60,040 bases of DNA, from contig JBAZOT010000007.1 of NCBI GenBank assembly GCA_041648575.1, forward strand, positions 1-60,040, read 5' to 3'. The DNA comes from Patescibacteria group bacterium. Its GTDB lineage: Bacteria > Patescibacteriota > Patescibacteriia > Veblenbacterales > UBA10138. Numbering within the stretch: the first letter of the stretch is position 1; each line of letters starts with the position of its first letter. The translations under genes were made by a program, and so were the position numbers. The notes beneath the pieces are model-generated. The model made no database searches and was not told the origin of the DNA. It was given only the letters and a program-made list of their open reading frames with translations. This document shows positions 42,147-52,116 of this stretch, piece by piece.

Positions 42147-42701
42147 TTGAAGAAAACACAGAAAAAGCTCAAAAAGCAAGGAGTTTACTGTCAAGTTTCG
42201 TGGGAAACAGCGCGTGCTGCTATAAGTTTAATTAATCACCTCGGTAGAATAGAGGACCGCAGTAGAGCAGGGGTTGAAATAACCTTAGTATCGACCGTTA
42301 AGTCTTTGGTAATAAACCTCGCCTCGCCTGGACCCAGTTTATCCAATGCCAGTATTTCAGCGTTTGATCTTGATGAAAAACAGTCAGTGAGAATAACATG
42401 GCTTTATGTGCGAGTATTACTGAGGCTTATGATTTCAGTGGCAAAAAAGACCTACGCCTTAGACCCATCGTGGAAGGCAATGGTGGATGCGACACTAGAT
42501 GATCTAAAAGCAACATACAAAATACTCTCCAGTGCCCTTGAAAAGTCAGACTTACGCAAAGGCATTCACTGGAAGCTGATTGAAGAACCTCTGAATTTGC
42601 TCACTAAAATTTTAGAGAGCAACGGTCGTTACCACGGTAGTCTGCCACGTTATCTAATAGAAGTCTTGGCGCCTATTGCCGAAATTAAAATACTCATTTG
42701 A
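42147..42701 (+). CDS. Hypothetical, probably all-helical protein (184 aa), TTG start
   Basis: AAGGAG SD 8 nt upstream of TTG at 42147; no recognisable family. Confidence 0.6.
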   Translation: MKKTQKKLKKQGVYCQVSWETARAAISLINHLGRIEDRSRAGVEITLVSTVKSLVINLASPGPSLSNASISAFDLDEKQSVRITWLYVRVLLRLMISVAKKTYALDPSWKAMVDATLDDLKATYKILSSALEKSDLRKGIHWKLIEEPLNLLTKILESNGRYHGSLPRYLIEVLAPIAEIKILI

Positions 42702-42724
42702 CTTAAGGTGGCCTCAACGAAACT

Positions 42725-42759
42725 AGACGCTCTGTATCTGTAAGGGCGTCTTTATTTTT
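42725..42759. terminator. Hairpin terminator between convergent genes
   Basis: AGACGC-TCTGTATCTGTAAGG-GCGTCT-TTATTTTT; the T-run overlaps the stop of 42752..43393 (-). Confidence 0.6.
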
Positions 42760-43393
42760 CTTGAATAGGTACCGCACCTAATTCGTGCGGGCTATCTTGA
42801 AAAGCGCTAATAAACCAATTTTCCGGTGTTTCAATTTTGCCTGCTTGGAACTCAATGGCTGACTCCAGATGTTTTCTGACTTCTGGATAGTTTTTAAATC
42901 TATCAGTATCAAGGAATCCTTTGGTAATGAAATAAGTTTCATCAAACTCTCGGCTGTCTTCTTTAATTTTATTAACATCAAGCTCGGCTAGACGAAAAAG
43001 TTCATGAGATAAATTGGCGTGATCAGTGTAGCCATCGGCGTACCACGCCTCTCTGATCTTTTGATTACGAAGAACATAAAAAGCTTTTACATTTCTCCCC
43101 CGCACATTACCATAATCGCGTATTATATGCTTAGTATCAAACGGTACACCAAAACTTTGACATATATCTAGGCGAATATCTTCCCATAATTGTGCTTCGG
43201 CCCCTGACTCTATTTTGGTTGTTTGTTTATTGTTAAATTGGTGGGTTTCTTTTTTTAATGCTGAAATGGTATTAGTATCGAGTTGGACAATATCCCTTCG
43301 CCCAGTATTAATAAGGGAGAGTATCTTAACATGATAGTCAACTGGCGTTTCTTCTCCAAATTTAATATCTAAATGATGTTCAAATTCTCGCAT
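42752..43393 (-). CDS. Hypothetical soluble protein (213 aa from MREFEHHL) coupled to the PilB-type ATPase
   Basis: ATG at 43393 lies 4 nt after the ATPase stop (TAA-ACAT-ATG); the track start at 43414 would overlap by 17 nt. No recognisable family. Confidence 0.6.
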   Translation of the reverse strand: MREFEHHLDIKFGEETPVDYHVKILSLINTGRRDIVQLDTNTISALKKETHQFNNKQTTKIESGAEAQLWEDIRLDICQSFGVPFDTKHIIRDYGNVRGRNVKAFYVLRNQKIREAWYADGYTDHANLSHELFRLAELDVNKIKEDSREFDETYFITKGFLDTDRFKNYPEVRKHLESAIEFQAGKIETPENWFISAFQDSPHELGAVPIQEK

Positions 43394-43397
43394 ATGT

Positions 43398-45071
43398 TTA
43401 TTCCGCTTGGGCAAAAACCTCAGTTAAACTGGTAATACCTTGCAAGGCTTTTAATACCCCATCTTGTACCATAGTTACCATACCACAAGCAATAGCTAAC
43501 TCCTCTACTTTTTGTTCAGCAGCATTGGTCTCTAATATTACTTTTTCTATCTCCGGTGTCACTGTTAAAATTTCATAAATTCCAATACGCCCCTTATAGC
43601 CAAGCTTGCCACAAGCTTGGCATCCTTTGCCTTCGTAAAACTTTAACTTATTCATCTCCACTTGATAACCTGAATTTTTGGGCACGGCAGCTAAAATTTT
43701 TCTAACCCTATTTTCAGTCTCTCCATCTAGTTTGGTCTCCTGTTTGCATTTTGGACACAATCGCCGCACCAAACGCTGACCAATAACAGCATTTAAAGAA
43801 GGGGCCAATAAAAACGATTTGACTCCCATAGACAAAAGCCTAGAAACAGCGCCAGCGGCTGAATTAGTATGAATAGTAGAAAGAACTAAGTGGCCTGTTA
43901 AAGCGGCATTAACTGCAATTTCCGCAGTTTCGGGATCACGAACCTCACCCACCATAACCACATCTGGGTCTTGCCGTAAAATTGACTTTAAACCGTGGGT
44001 AAAATCATAGCCTTTGGTATGATCAACCTGACTTTGATTTATTCCTTTTAATTTATATTCTATTGGATCTTCCAAGGTAATAATTTTAGTATCGGATTGA
44101 TTAAGTTTATTTAAAATAGCATAAAGAGTGGTGGTTTTACCGCAACCAGTTGGACCAGAGGTTAAAATTAAACCGTTGGGTCTTTCTACTTGCTTTTTTA
44201 ATATATCGTAAGCCTTTCCTTGTAAACCCAAATCTTCAAATTGTAAACCAGTAGCAGAGGATCGCAACAAACGCATTACCACTGATTCGCCAAATGCCGT
44301 GGGTATAGTGGAAACACGAACATCAATTTTGTCTTTAGTTAAAAATATGGTAAAACGCCCGTCCTGCGGCTTTGTTTCAATATTAATTTTTAATTTAGAC
44401 AACAGCTTTAAACGAGAAATTAATTTAACCCAGGAATCTTTTTTTGTTTCCGCTACTGTATAAAGCAGGCCATCAATGCGATAACGAACTTTAATATCTG
44501 TTTCTTCTGCTTCAATATGAATATCAGTAGCCGACATATCCATACCACCAGCAATAATAATTGTCACCATGTCAGTAACCGTTGCTCTTACTAACAACTC
44601 GTTGACTTTGGTAAAATCTTTCATTAAACCCTGGTACTTCTTAATATCACTTTCAGTTATGGCCACTCCAGCTACACCCTGCTTAACTTTAACCAAGCCA
44701 GCATAATGCTTAACTGCTACCTCAAAACTATGCTGCGAGATGAGATATAAAACATAATGACCAAAATATTCTTTGGTAAATTCTTTTAAATAATCTGCCA
44801 AGCCAGGAGCTTCGCTATCTACCACGCCAATCCGCAATTCACCTTCGCTTAATAAAATAGGAATTATTTTAAATTTTTTTGCTTGCTCTTCAGGTACCAG
44901 CGACAACGCCTCTTGGGCAATAGGAAAATTAACCAAATTAATATAAGGCATGCCACAACTTTCCGCTTTTAGGCGCGTTTCCCGTTCATGTTCCACAATA
45001 TCTATATCGGTCATCTTGGCGGATAATTTAGAAGATACTTCCTCTAGTGCTAATTTTAATTTATTTGGCAT
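43398..45071 (-). CDS. pilB: GspE/PilB-family type II/IV secretion (type IV pilus assembly) ATPase
   Basis: N-terminal T2SSE_N-like domain, Walker A SGPTGCGKTTTL, DPDVVMVGEVRD, tetracysteine CPKC...CQACG. Confidence 0.9.
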   Translation of the reverse strand: MPNKLKLALEEVSSKLSAKMTDIDIVEHERETRLKAESCGMPYINLVNFPIAQEALSLVPEEQAKKFKIIPILLSEGELRIGVVDSEAPGLADYLKEFTKEYFGHYVLYLISQHSFEVAVKHYAGLVKVKQGVAGVAITESDIKKYQGLMKDFTKVNELLVRATVTDMVTIIIAGGMDMSATDIHIEAEETDIKVRYRIDGLLYTVAETKKDSWVKLISRLKLLSKLKINIETKPQDGRFTIFLTKDKIDVRVSTIPTAFGESVVMRLLRSSATGLQFEDLGLQGKAYDILKKQVERPNGLILTSGPTGCGKTTTLYAILNKLNQSDTKIITLEDPIEYKLKGINQSQVDHTKGYDFTHGLKSILRQDPDVVMVGEVRDPETAEIAVNAALTGHLVLSTIHTNSAAGAVSRLLSMGVKSFLLAPSLNAVIGQRLVRRLCPKCKQETKLDGETENRVRKILAAVPKNSGYQVEMNKLKFYEGKGCQACGKLGYKGRIGIYEILTVTPEIEKVILETNAAEQKVEELAIACGMVTMVQDGVLKALQGITSLTEVFAQAE

Positions 45072-45235
45072 AAATCTCTACCTTTACTTTAAATCCTAAA
45101 ACGTTTTCTGACAATGGTTAATATAAAACGTTCACAGCTATCTGGCCATGATATTCTATATTTTTTACTAAATCTATTAAGCCTAACTAATACCAGGGTA
45201 ACCAAAGAAATAAACTGTATCAATCTTAAACTGAA

Positions 45236-46255
45236 TTATTTTTTCTGCTTATTGGTGCTAACTTTACTCTCGTCAAACCAGCGAGACAGATATTCTGGCA
45301 CCTCACTGGTTAAGCGCGTCAGTTTTGCCAAAGCCGTCCCTTCGGTTAATCTATCAAATAACAAAATCCAAGCAATATACTGAAAAGCTCCATAACCAGC
45401 GCCTATAATAATAAACGCTAACAATGACGGCAATAACTTTAAGAAAATATAAAAATCAAAACCACTGAACAATTCAGCCACCAGTAAAGGCATATCAGTT
45501 GGTAAAATCATATAAATCACCATGCCCATGATAATATAAACCACAAACAACGCCGCTGCCATTTCCAAACTTATTAACCAATTACGCAAAAATAAATTAA
45601 TACCATACTCCAATGCCTCCCACCAAGTTTTTGATTTTAACACCACGTAAGCAATGGCGTATTTAACCACAAAAGCCACAATCAAAGATAAAGGAATAAA
45701 AATCAAAAAGGCAATTATAAATAACCAACTAAATCCCCAGTCTTCTTGCTGGTGGGTTAAGAAAGTAATTAAAAATGGTAAAGTGGCCACGGCCAGCAAT
45801 AAATAAATTAAAAATTTGGTTAAAATATTTAACCATAGTACTGGCCAAAAATGCTTCACCCCCGAATGAAAACTAGAATCAAAATCCGCTGTCTCACCAT
45901 TGCCTAATCTTCCACTGGCTTCAATTAGACCAATTTGCGATACAGTTACTAACCAGACGACCATTAAAACAACCACCGCTAAAGCCACTAACATTATCAC
46001 CGACAATACTACTGGTTGAAGTAAAAACACGCTGATGTTTTGACCCAAGCCAGCTAGCTCATTAGTATAAATAGCATGCTTAAGCGCTACCACTACTCCT
46101 AATTGCCTAATCATCTTATTATAAGATGAAATAAGCGAGGCATATTCACCAGTATTGGCAGTAAAAGCAGCAAAAATACCAAATAGCCACAGCCAGGGAT
46201 TTTTCCACAAAATTTTCCAGGCTCGGGCTAAAACGTCGCGATAAAGTTTAGTCAT
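45236..46255 (-). CDS. Polytopic membrane protein (about 7 TM), unknown function
   Basis: 339 aa with evenly spaced hydrophobic helices. Confidence 0.6.
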   Translation of the reverse strand: MTKLYRDVLARAWKILWKNPWLWLFGIFAAFTANTGEYASLISSYNKMIRQLGVVVALKHAIYTNELAGLGQNISVFLLQPVVLSVIMLVALAVVVLMVVWLVTVSQIGLIEASGRLGNGETADFDSSFHSGVKHFWPVLWLNILTKFLIYLLLAVATLPFLITFLTHQQEDWGFSWLFIIAFLIFIPLSLIVAFVVKYAIAYVVLKSKTWWEALEYGINLFLRNWLISLEMAAALFVVYIIMGMVIYMILPTDMPLLVAELFSGFDFYIFLKLLPSLLAFIIIGAGYGAFQYIAWILLFDRLTEGTALAKLTRLTSEVPEYLSRWFDESKVSTNKQKK

Positions 46256-46361
46256 AAATTACCTCCTAATTTTTAAGTAATTAACAACTATATTATACAA
46301 CCTAAATAAAATTGTTACTAGCGCTCTGTCGCGGAGGAGATTAGAACTAGTACCATAGCCC

Positions 46362-47099
46362 TCACTTCAGGGCATCGAATAATAATTTGAATATTTGTCG
46401 TTGAAATTGAAAAAATTTTGAACTCTCAATAATACTAGCTGTTTCGGTATCATAATCAATAAAAGCCACCTTATTTCCATAAATAAGCTGAGTTATGTTG
46501 TACTCAAAAAGATCTTTTGAAGGCGGAACATACTTTGAATAGCGCTCAAGTTGTTTACTTCTGGCATCATGAGTCACTTTATTGGTAATTACAAACTTTT
46601 CAATATCGCTTCGTAGTTTTTTCCCCGCAATTTGCATATACAGTTGAGGATAATATTCTTTGTTTTTTTTATAATCTGTTGGCGACTCATATCTATAGAT
46701 AATATCTCCCTTTTTTACAGTATCAAGTAAATCAGTATATACGTGGCGAATACCCTCCTGGCCATCAAAGAAACGAATGACGGGCCTTTTCTTCGCACTT
46801 GCATAAAGTTGTAGTAAATTTGGAAGAGCGCCATCAAACTCTTTTCGTAAACCCTCCAAGAGTGACTTTAAAACAATTGGTTTTTCAGCTACGTATACGA
46901 TCCGCTTCCCGACCCGTGAACGGGATATAATGTTTCTCTCTATAAGTATAGGGAGTGCCTTGTAAACGGTGGGACGGTAAAGAGCGCTTGTATTGGCGAT
47001 AGTAGCTACCGTACCTGCACCAAGCTCAAGGATGGCCATGTAGACCCGCGCCTCAGTTTCGGAGAGACCTATTTTTTGTAAAATTGTGATTAATTTCAT
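46362..47099 (-). CDS. TrmB-family transcriptional regulator (copy 2)
   Basis: MKLITILQKIGLSETEARVYMAILELGAGTVATIANTSALYRPTVYKALPILIERNIIS; ATG at 47099 preferred over 47123. Confidence 0.8.
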   Translation of the reverse strand: MKLITILQKIGLSETEARVYMAILELGAGTVATIANTSALYRPTVYKALPILIERNIISRSRVGKRIVYVAEKPIVLKSLLEGLRKEFDGALPNLLQLYASAKKRPVIRFFDGQEGIRHVYTDLLDTVKKGDIIYRYESPTDYKKNKEYYPQLYMQIAGKKLRSDIEKFVITNKVTHDARSKQLERYSKYVPPSKDLFEYNITQLIYGNKVAFIDYDTETASIIESSKFFQFQRQIFKLLFDALK

Positions 47100-47280
47100 A
47101 TAAGTGTATTTATTAATATACACTTTTTATTTTATTATTCTCCCGATTATTAGTCAATCTTTTTGTGGCTCCTATATTACATATACACTTTATGTGTTTT
47201 TTTATGACAGCAAAACTTCCAACAATTATACTAAAGGTGAAAAGCGTTCATTAAAACAATAAAATAAAAGGAGAACTAAC

Positions 47281-47739
47281 ATGCAGTTAAACTTATCGAT
47301 GTATATCAAGGAAATTAGTGCAGACAAAAGTTGTGAAGGAGATTTTCAAATCCAGTCTGAATTCCCAAAAGTGGATCGACATTTTCTCTTCACCTTTCGA
47401 CCTAGTGACAAAGATCAAATCTTTGGCAACGGGCAGAACGCTGAACAGCTCATCGTTCTGAAAAAGGACAAAAAAATCTTTTTGCGAGTTGATGGGGTTA
47501 TTTCGGAAAATAATTCTCCAAATGTAACCGCTGAACAAGGAATGATTCTTGGTCTCTTCCTGCAGATACTAAGTATTGCGCGGAACAAGATGTATTCAGA
47601 CCACGGCATCGTCGTCATAAATCCTGATACTGAGAAGCAAACGTACGCTAGACATTCGAGGCTTGAAGCCAAAGTTAACGGAAAAGCTAGCGTGCCTGAT
47701 AAAGAATCACAGGATGCTGTCATCCGCGCGTGTACTTAA
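47281..47739 (+). CDS. Hypothetical protein (152 aa), divergent from TrmB copy 2
   Basis: AAAGGAG SD; no recognisable family; own terminator downstream. Confidence 0.6.
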   Translation: MQLNLSMYIKEISADKSCEGDFQIQSEFPKVDRHFLFTFRPSDKDQIFGNGQNAEQLIVLKKDKKIFLRVDGVISENNSPNVTAEQGMILGLFLQILSIARNKMYSDHGIVVINPDTEKQTYARHSRLEAKVNGKASVPDKESQDAVIRACT

Positions 47740-47796
47740 GATGTACGACCTAATTAAAAGTTCGACCAATACTAACATCAATATATTTTCTGCTTC

Positions 47797-47831
47797 AAAA
47801 CCCCGCGATTACGTCACGGGGTCTTTTATTT
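47797..47831 (+). terminator. Rho-independent terminator of 47281..47739
   Basis: AAAACCCCG-CGATTACGTCA-CGGGGTCTTTTATTT. Confidence 0.8.
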
Positions 47832-47835
47832 ACCC

Positions 47836-47868
47836 AAAAACCACCCTCATCCGCCAGCTGGCGGAGGT
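47836..47868 (-). terminator. Rho-independent terminator of ftsH
   Basis: Minus strand CCTCCGCCAG-CTGGCGGATGAGG-GTGGTTTTTGGG. Confidence 0.7.
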
Positions 47869-47881
47869 AGTTTCTAAGTCT

Positions 47882-49699
47882 TTAGCTCGCCATTAATGCC
47901 TCAAATTCCTCGCGTTCCAATGTTTCTTTTTGTAACAATATTTTTACTATCTTTTCTAACCTGGTTTTTTCTTTTTTTATAATCTCATTAGCTCTCTTAT
48001 AAGCGTTACTAAGGAAACGAGAAACTTCTTCATCAATCATCTGGGCAACTTTTTCTCCATAATCACGCCGCTCATGAATTTCTCTGCCCAGAAAAATCAT
48101 TTCTTCTTTTTGGCCAAAGGTTCTGGCGCCTAATTTTTCACTCATCCCAAATTCAGTAACTAATTTTCTAGCCAATTTAGTAGCTTGTTGCAAATCGTTA
48201 TAAGCGCCAGTTGTTACCTCACCAAAAATTATTGATTCAGTGGCGTGCCCAGCCAGCATGACTGATAAATCTTCAACAAACTCTGATTTAGGATGCATGC
48301 GCCGATCCTCGGTTGGCAACTTAATGGTGTACCCAGCTGCCTGACCACGAGCAATGATTGAAATTTTATGAACTGGGTCAGTATGGGGTAAAAAATGAGA
48401 TACTAAAGCATGGCCGGCTTCATGATAAGCAGTAATTTTTTTCTCTTTTTCAGATAACAAATAACTTTTACGCTCTGGACCCAGCATAACTTTTTCAATA
48501 CTTTCCAAACATTCTTCCATACCAATAATTTTTTTATTTCGTCTAGCAGTTAGAATTGCCGCTTCATTTAATAAATTAGCCAAATCAGCTCCGCTAAAAC
48601 CCGGTGTACGTTCAGCAATAGTTCGCAATTTTACATTTTTATCCAATGGCTTTTGCTTGGCGTGAACTTCTAAAATCGCCTGGCGATCGGCAATGTCTGG
48701 ATCATCCAACACCACTCTTCTATCAAACCTGCCTGGCCGAAGTAATGCCGGGTCTAATACATCTGGCCTGTTGGTAGCCGCCACCACTATTACATTAGTA
48801 TCAGTTTCAAAACCATCCATCTCTACCAATATCTGGTTTAAAGTTTGCTCTCTTTCATCATGACTGCCGCCCAAACCAGTGCCACGTTGGCGCCCCACTG
48901 CATCAATTTCATCAATAAATATAATACACGGAGCAGTTTTTTTAGCCCGATTAAACAAATCTCTAACTCGAGAAGCGCCAACCCCAACAAACATCTCTAC
49001 AAATTCAGAGCCGGAAATATGATAAAAAGGTACATTGGCTTCGCCAGCCACTGCCCGCGCTAGTAATGTCTTACCAGTACCCGGCGCGCCAAGCAACAAG
49101 ACTCCTTTAGGAATACGCGCGCCCAAAGATAAAAATTTGGCTGGACTTTTTAAAAACTCCACCACTTCTTCTAATTCAATTTTAGCCTCCTTGACGCCTG
49201 CCACATCCTTAAAAGTAATTTTATTTTTTTTATCTTTGGAATTCGTTTCTCTGGCGCGCGATTGTCCAAATGACATAGCTCGCATATTAGCGCCCTGAAT
49301 TTGCCGCGACATAAAATAAATAAACCCCACAATCAACACAAAGGGGATTAAAAACGGTAAAATAGTCATTAGCCAAAAACTAAGACCGGTGTCAGTTTTA
49401 ACGTCTACCTCAACCGCTCTAAGTTTGGCTGGGTCAATACTATAATTATTTATTAATTCAGATAATGACTCAGCTCCTTCTTTTTTTGTTTTTAGCACAC
49501 TACCATCTTTTAATGTAACAGTCAGATTATCATTTTCTACTACAATCGTTTTCACATTATCTTGTTCAATTTCCTGCACTACACGATTAATGCCGACGTC
49601 CTGAATAGTAGTTGTTGAAGAAGAATAAAAAGAAAAAATACTGGCCAAGACCAAAAATAATAAAAAGAAAATTAAAAAATTTTTTATAATTCCACGCAT
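47882..49699 (-). CDS. ftsH: ATP-dependent zinc metalloprotease FtsH
   Basis: [36 protein letters not shown] zinc motif, two N-terminal TM helices. Confidence 0.97.
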   Translation of the reverse strand: MRGIIKNFLIFFLLFLVLASIFSFYSSSTTTIQDVGINRVVQEIEQDNVKTIVVENDNLTVTLKDGSVLKTKKEGAESLSELINNYSIDPAKLRAVEVDVKTDTGLSFWLMTILPFLIPFVLIVGFIYFMSRQIQGANMRAMSFGQSRARETNSKDKKNKITFKDVAGVKEAKIELEEVVEFLKSPAKFLSLGARIPKGVLLLGAPGTGKTLLARAVAGEANVPFYHISGSEFVEMFVGVGASRVRDLFNRAKKTAPCIIFIDEIDAVGRQRGTGLGGSHDEREQTLNQILVEMDGFETDTNVIVVAATNRPDVLDPALLRPGRFDRRVVLDDPDIADRQAILEVHAKQKPLDKNVKLRTIAERTPGFSGADLANLLNEAAILTARRNKKIIGMEECLESIEKVMLGPERKSYLLSEKEKKITAYHEAGHALVSHFLPHTDPVHKISIIARGQAAGYTIKLPTEDRRMHPKSEFVEDLSVMLAGHATESIIFGEVTTGAYNDLQQATKLARKLVTEFGMSEKLGARTFGQKEEMIFLGREIHERRDYGEKVAQMIDEEVSRFLSNAYKRANEIIKKEKTRLEKIVKILLQKETLEREEFEALMAS

Positions 49700-49721
49700 A
49701 TTTTTAAGTTAATGCTCATCT

Positions 49722-49750
49722 ATTATAACGAACAAAGAATCGTTTGACAA
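49722..49750 (-). promoter_or_regulatory. Sigma70-like promoter of ftsH
   Basis: Minus strand TTGTCA (49750-49745), 17-nt spacer, TATAAT (49727-49722). Confidence 0.6.
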
Positions 49751-49811
49751 GTGTAAATAGAACGGCTGGTTTTTAACCACCGCTTTGCTAATACAATACT
49801 CACCTTGCCTT

Positions 49812-51014
49812 TTATTCTTCTGGCTTGTGATCGTCGCTAATTTCACTGGTTGGCTGTTCAGCTGATTCATTTTCTGGGTGCTGCTCTACTTTAGTTTTTT
49901 CTTTTTCTTCTTTATGATGCTTTGGTTTTTCAGTTAAGGCCTTAATTGATAAACCTAAACGGTGTTCTTGGGGGTCTAAGGAAATTACTCTAAAATCAAT
50001 TACCTCCCCGATTTTAGCGACTTGAGCAGCATCTTGTATCGGCTTATCAGATAATTCAGAAATATGAGCAAGCCCATGAATTTCTTCATCTAGCTCCACA
50101 AATAAACCAAAGGGGTTAACTTTTAGCACTTTACCTTTTACTTTGGTGCCAACTTTATATTTTTCTTGAACTTTTTTCCACGGATCGTCCATTAACCGAC
50201 GTAACGACAAAGAAATTTTTGAGCCCTCAACATTAATAATCTTAGCTTTAACCCGCTGGCCAACTTTAACTACCTCGCTAGGATTATCGATCCTTTGCCA
50301 TGCCAATTCGGAAATATGAACCAAGCCTTCCAAACCATCGTCAAACTTTACAAAACAACCAAAATCAACTACTCCGGAAACCTCACCTTCTACCACAGCA
50401 CCAGGCTGATATTTATCCAACTTGCCTTTTTGTTGCTCTTCCCAAGCCGCCCTCTCTGAAACAATTAATTTTTCATCAGCTTCATCTACGGTGATTATTT
50501 TAACTTCAAAATTTTGGCCGATAAACTTTTTTAGTAATTCCAAAATTCTACCTTTGTCGCCGCCTTCCACGCGCGGATAATGTTCCACGGTCAATTGAGA
50601 AACTGGCAAAAATCCAGGCATATGCCCTAATTTAACCATTAAACCACCTTTGTTGGCGTCTACCACCTTAACTATAACAATGCCCGATTGCGATTTTAAA
50701 TCTTCCAACTTATCCCAAGCTTTTTGATGACCAGCGCGTCGGAATGATAATTCCATTTCACCATTTTCATTTTCCGATTCTAATACTGTAGCTTGAACTT
50801 TATCGCCTAATTTTAAAGTAGTATATTCCCCAGATTCATCAAATAACTCCCTGCTCCTAATTATACCCGTGGTTAAACCATCAATATCAAGCCGCACCTC
50901 GCTTTTGCTAATAGCAATAATCTTCCCTTCAACTAAATCTCCAACTTTAGGAATACCAGCCACTTCGGCTGATTCTAACAATTTATCCATATTGGATGGT
51001 AACGCGATCTTCAT
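49812..51014 (-). CDS. rpsA: 30S ribosomal protein S1 (four S1 domains)
   Basis: Repeated G..V.G.V......G..V.......G..H.SE pattern x4; acidic/lysine-rich C-terminal tail. Confidence 0.85.
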   Translation of the reverse strand: MKIALPSNMDKLLESAEVAGIPKVGDLVEGKIIAISKSEVRLDIDGLTTGIIRSRELFDESGEYTTLKLGDKVQATVLESENENGEMELSFRRAGHQKAWDKLEDLKSQSGIVIVKVVDANKGGLMVKLGHMPGFLPVSQLTVEHYPRVEGGDKGRILELLKKFIGQNFEVKIITVDEADEKLIVSERAAWEEQQKGKLDKYQPGAVVEGEVSGVVDFGCFVKFDDGLEGLVHISELAWQRIDNPSEVVKVGQRVKAKIINVEGSKISLSLRRLMDDPWKKVQEKYKVGTKVKGKVLKVNPFGLFVELDEEIHGLAHISELSDKPIQDAAQVAKIGEVIDFRVISLDPQEHRLGLSIKALTEKPKHHKEEKEKTKVEQHPENESAEQPTSEISDDHKPEE

Positions 51015-51210
51015 TTATTTAACAAAAAAATTGCCTAACCCAAGCGCTTTTTTAAACCCTCGGGTCCCAGGGTGGTTAATTACTCCCCAAGACAAATTAA
51101 TCAATGATTATTAAGCCTATCCAGTTTATACTATTACTGAATTTTAATCAAGTCTTTCCCCGCCAGCCTCTTCACATACACCATAAAACTTGCTAGAATT
51201 AGATTATAAT

Positions 51211-51867
51211 ATGCAAATTGAATGGTTAGGACAAGCCTGTATAAAAATACAAACTAAGCCTGGTCCAAATGGGGAAGTAACGGTAATTTTTGATCCTTAT
51301 GAACCGGCTAAGGTTGGTTTAAAATTGCCTAAATTAACAAGCGATATTGTAGCAATTACCCACGACCATTTTGACCATAATTACACGGCTGGGATTACAG
51401 GAGATTATTTTTTAATTGAAGGGCCAGGTGAATACGAGGTAAAGCAAACATTTATTTATGGCATTCCTGGTTTTCATGATAACACTGGCGGCAGTCAACG
51501 TGGTTCAATAACTATGTACGTATTAGAAAGCGAGGGTATGTTGCTAGCGCATTTAGGAGACTTGGGGCAAACTGAATTGACTGATGAACAAATTGAACAA
51601 CTAGAAGGCGTGGATATTTTAATTATACCGGTGGGCGGTGTTTATACTATTGACGCCAAACAAGCGGTGAATATTATTAGCCAAATTGAACCCCGAATTG
51701 TTATCCCTATCCATTACGCTATACCAGGCTTAAAAATCAAATTAGACCCATTGGATAAATTTCTCAAAATTATGGGAGTTAAAAGTTCCGAGGTTATAGA
51801 CAAATATAAAATTACCAAAAAAGATCTACCGTCCGAGGAAACAAAAGTTGTTGTTCTTAAAGCCTAG
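51211..51867 (+). CDS. Metallo-beta-lactamase-fold hydrolase (UPF0173-like)
   Basis: MQIEWLGQACIKIQ..., ITHDHFDHN metal motif; ATG at 51211 preferred over the TTG at 51190. Confidence 0.8.
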   Translation: MQIEWLGQACIKIQTKPGPNGEVTVIFDPYEPAKVGLKLPKLTSDIVAITHDHFDHNYTAGITGDYFLIEGPGEYEVKQTFIYGIPGFHDNTGGSQRGSITMYVLESEGMLLAHLGDLGQTELTDEQIEQLEGVDILIIPVGGVYTIDAKQAVNIISQIEPRIVIPIHYAIPGLKIKLDPLDKFLKIMGVKSSEVIDKYKITKKDLPSEETKVVVLKA

Positions 51868-52114
51868 TTTTGTGAAAAAGAATAGCCATACCGAACATCA
51901 TTTATCCACTCACCAGCAACCAGCCAACAAAACCTTGCTAACCATTTTAATGGTATTCATTATGCTGGCTGTAGTAGTCCTGGCAATTATTACCATCCGC
52001 TTTAATATTAAAAAAATTGATACTAATAAAGATTCATCACCGTCCCTGTTTAACTCTATTTTCAAAGAATTTGATAAATCATTTTCTACTAATAATCCTT
52101 TAATTAATAACTAG
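51848..52114 (+). CDS. Small single-TM protein; start uncertain (GTG at 51872 is plausible)
   Basis: [26 protein letters not shown] helix; fills the gap between the MBL-fold gene and gyrA. Confidence 0.45.
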   Translation: MLFLKPSFVKKNSHTEHHLSTHQQPANKTLLTILMVFIMLAVVVLAIITIRFNIKKIDTNKDSSPSLFNSIFKEFDKSFSTNNPLINN

Positions 52115-52116
52115 CC

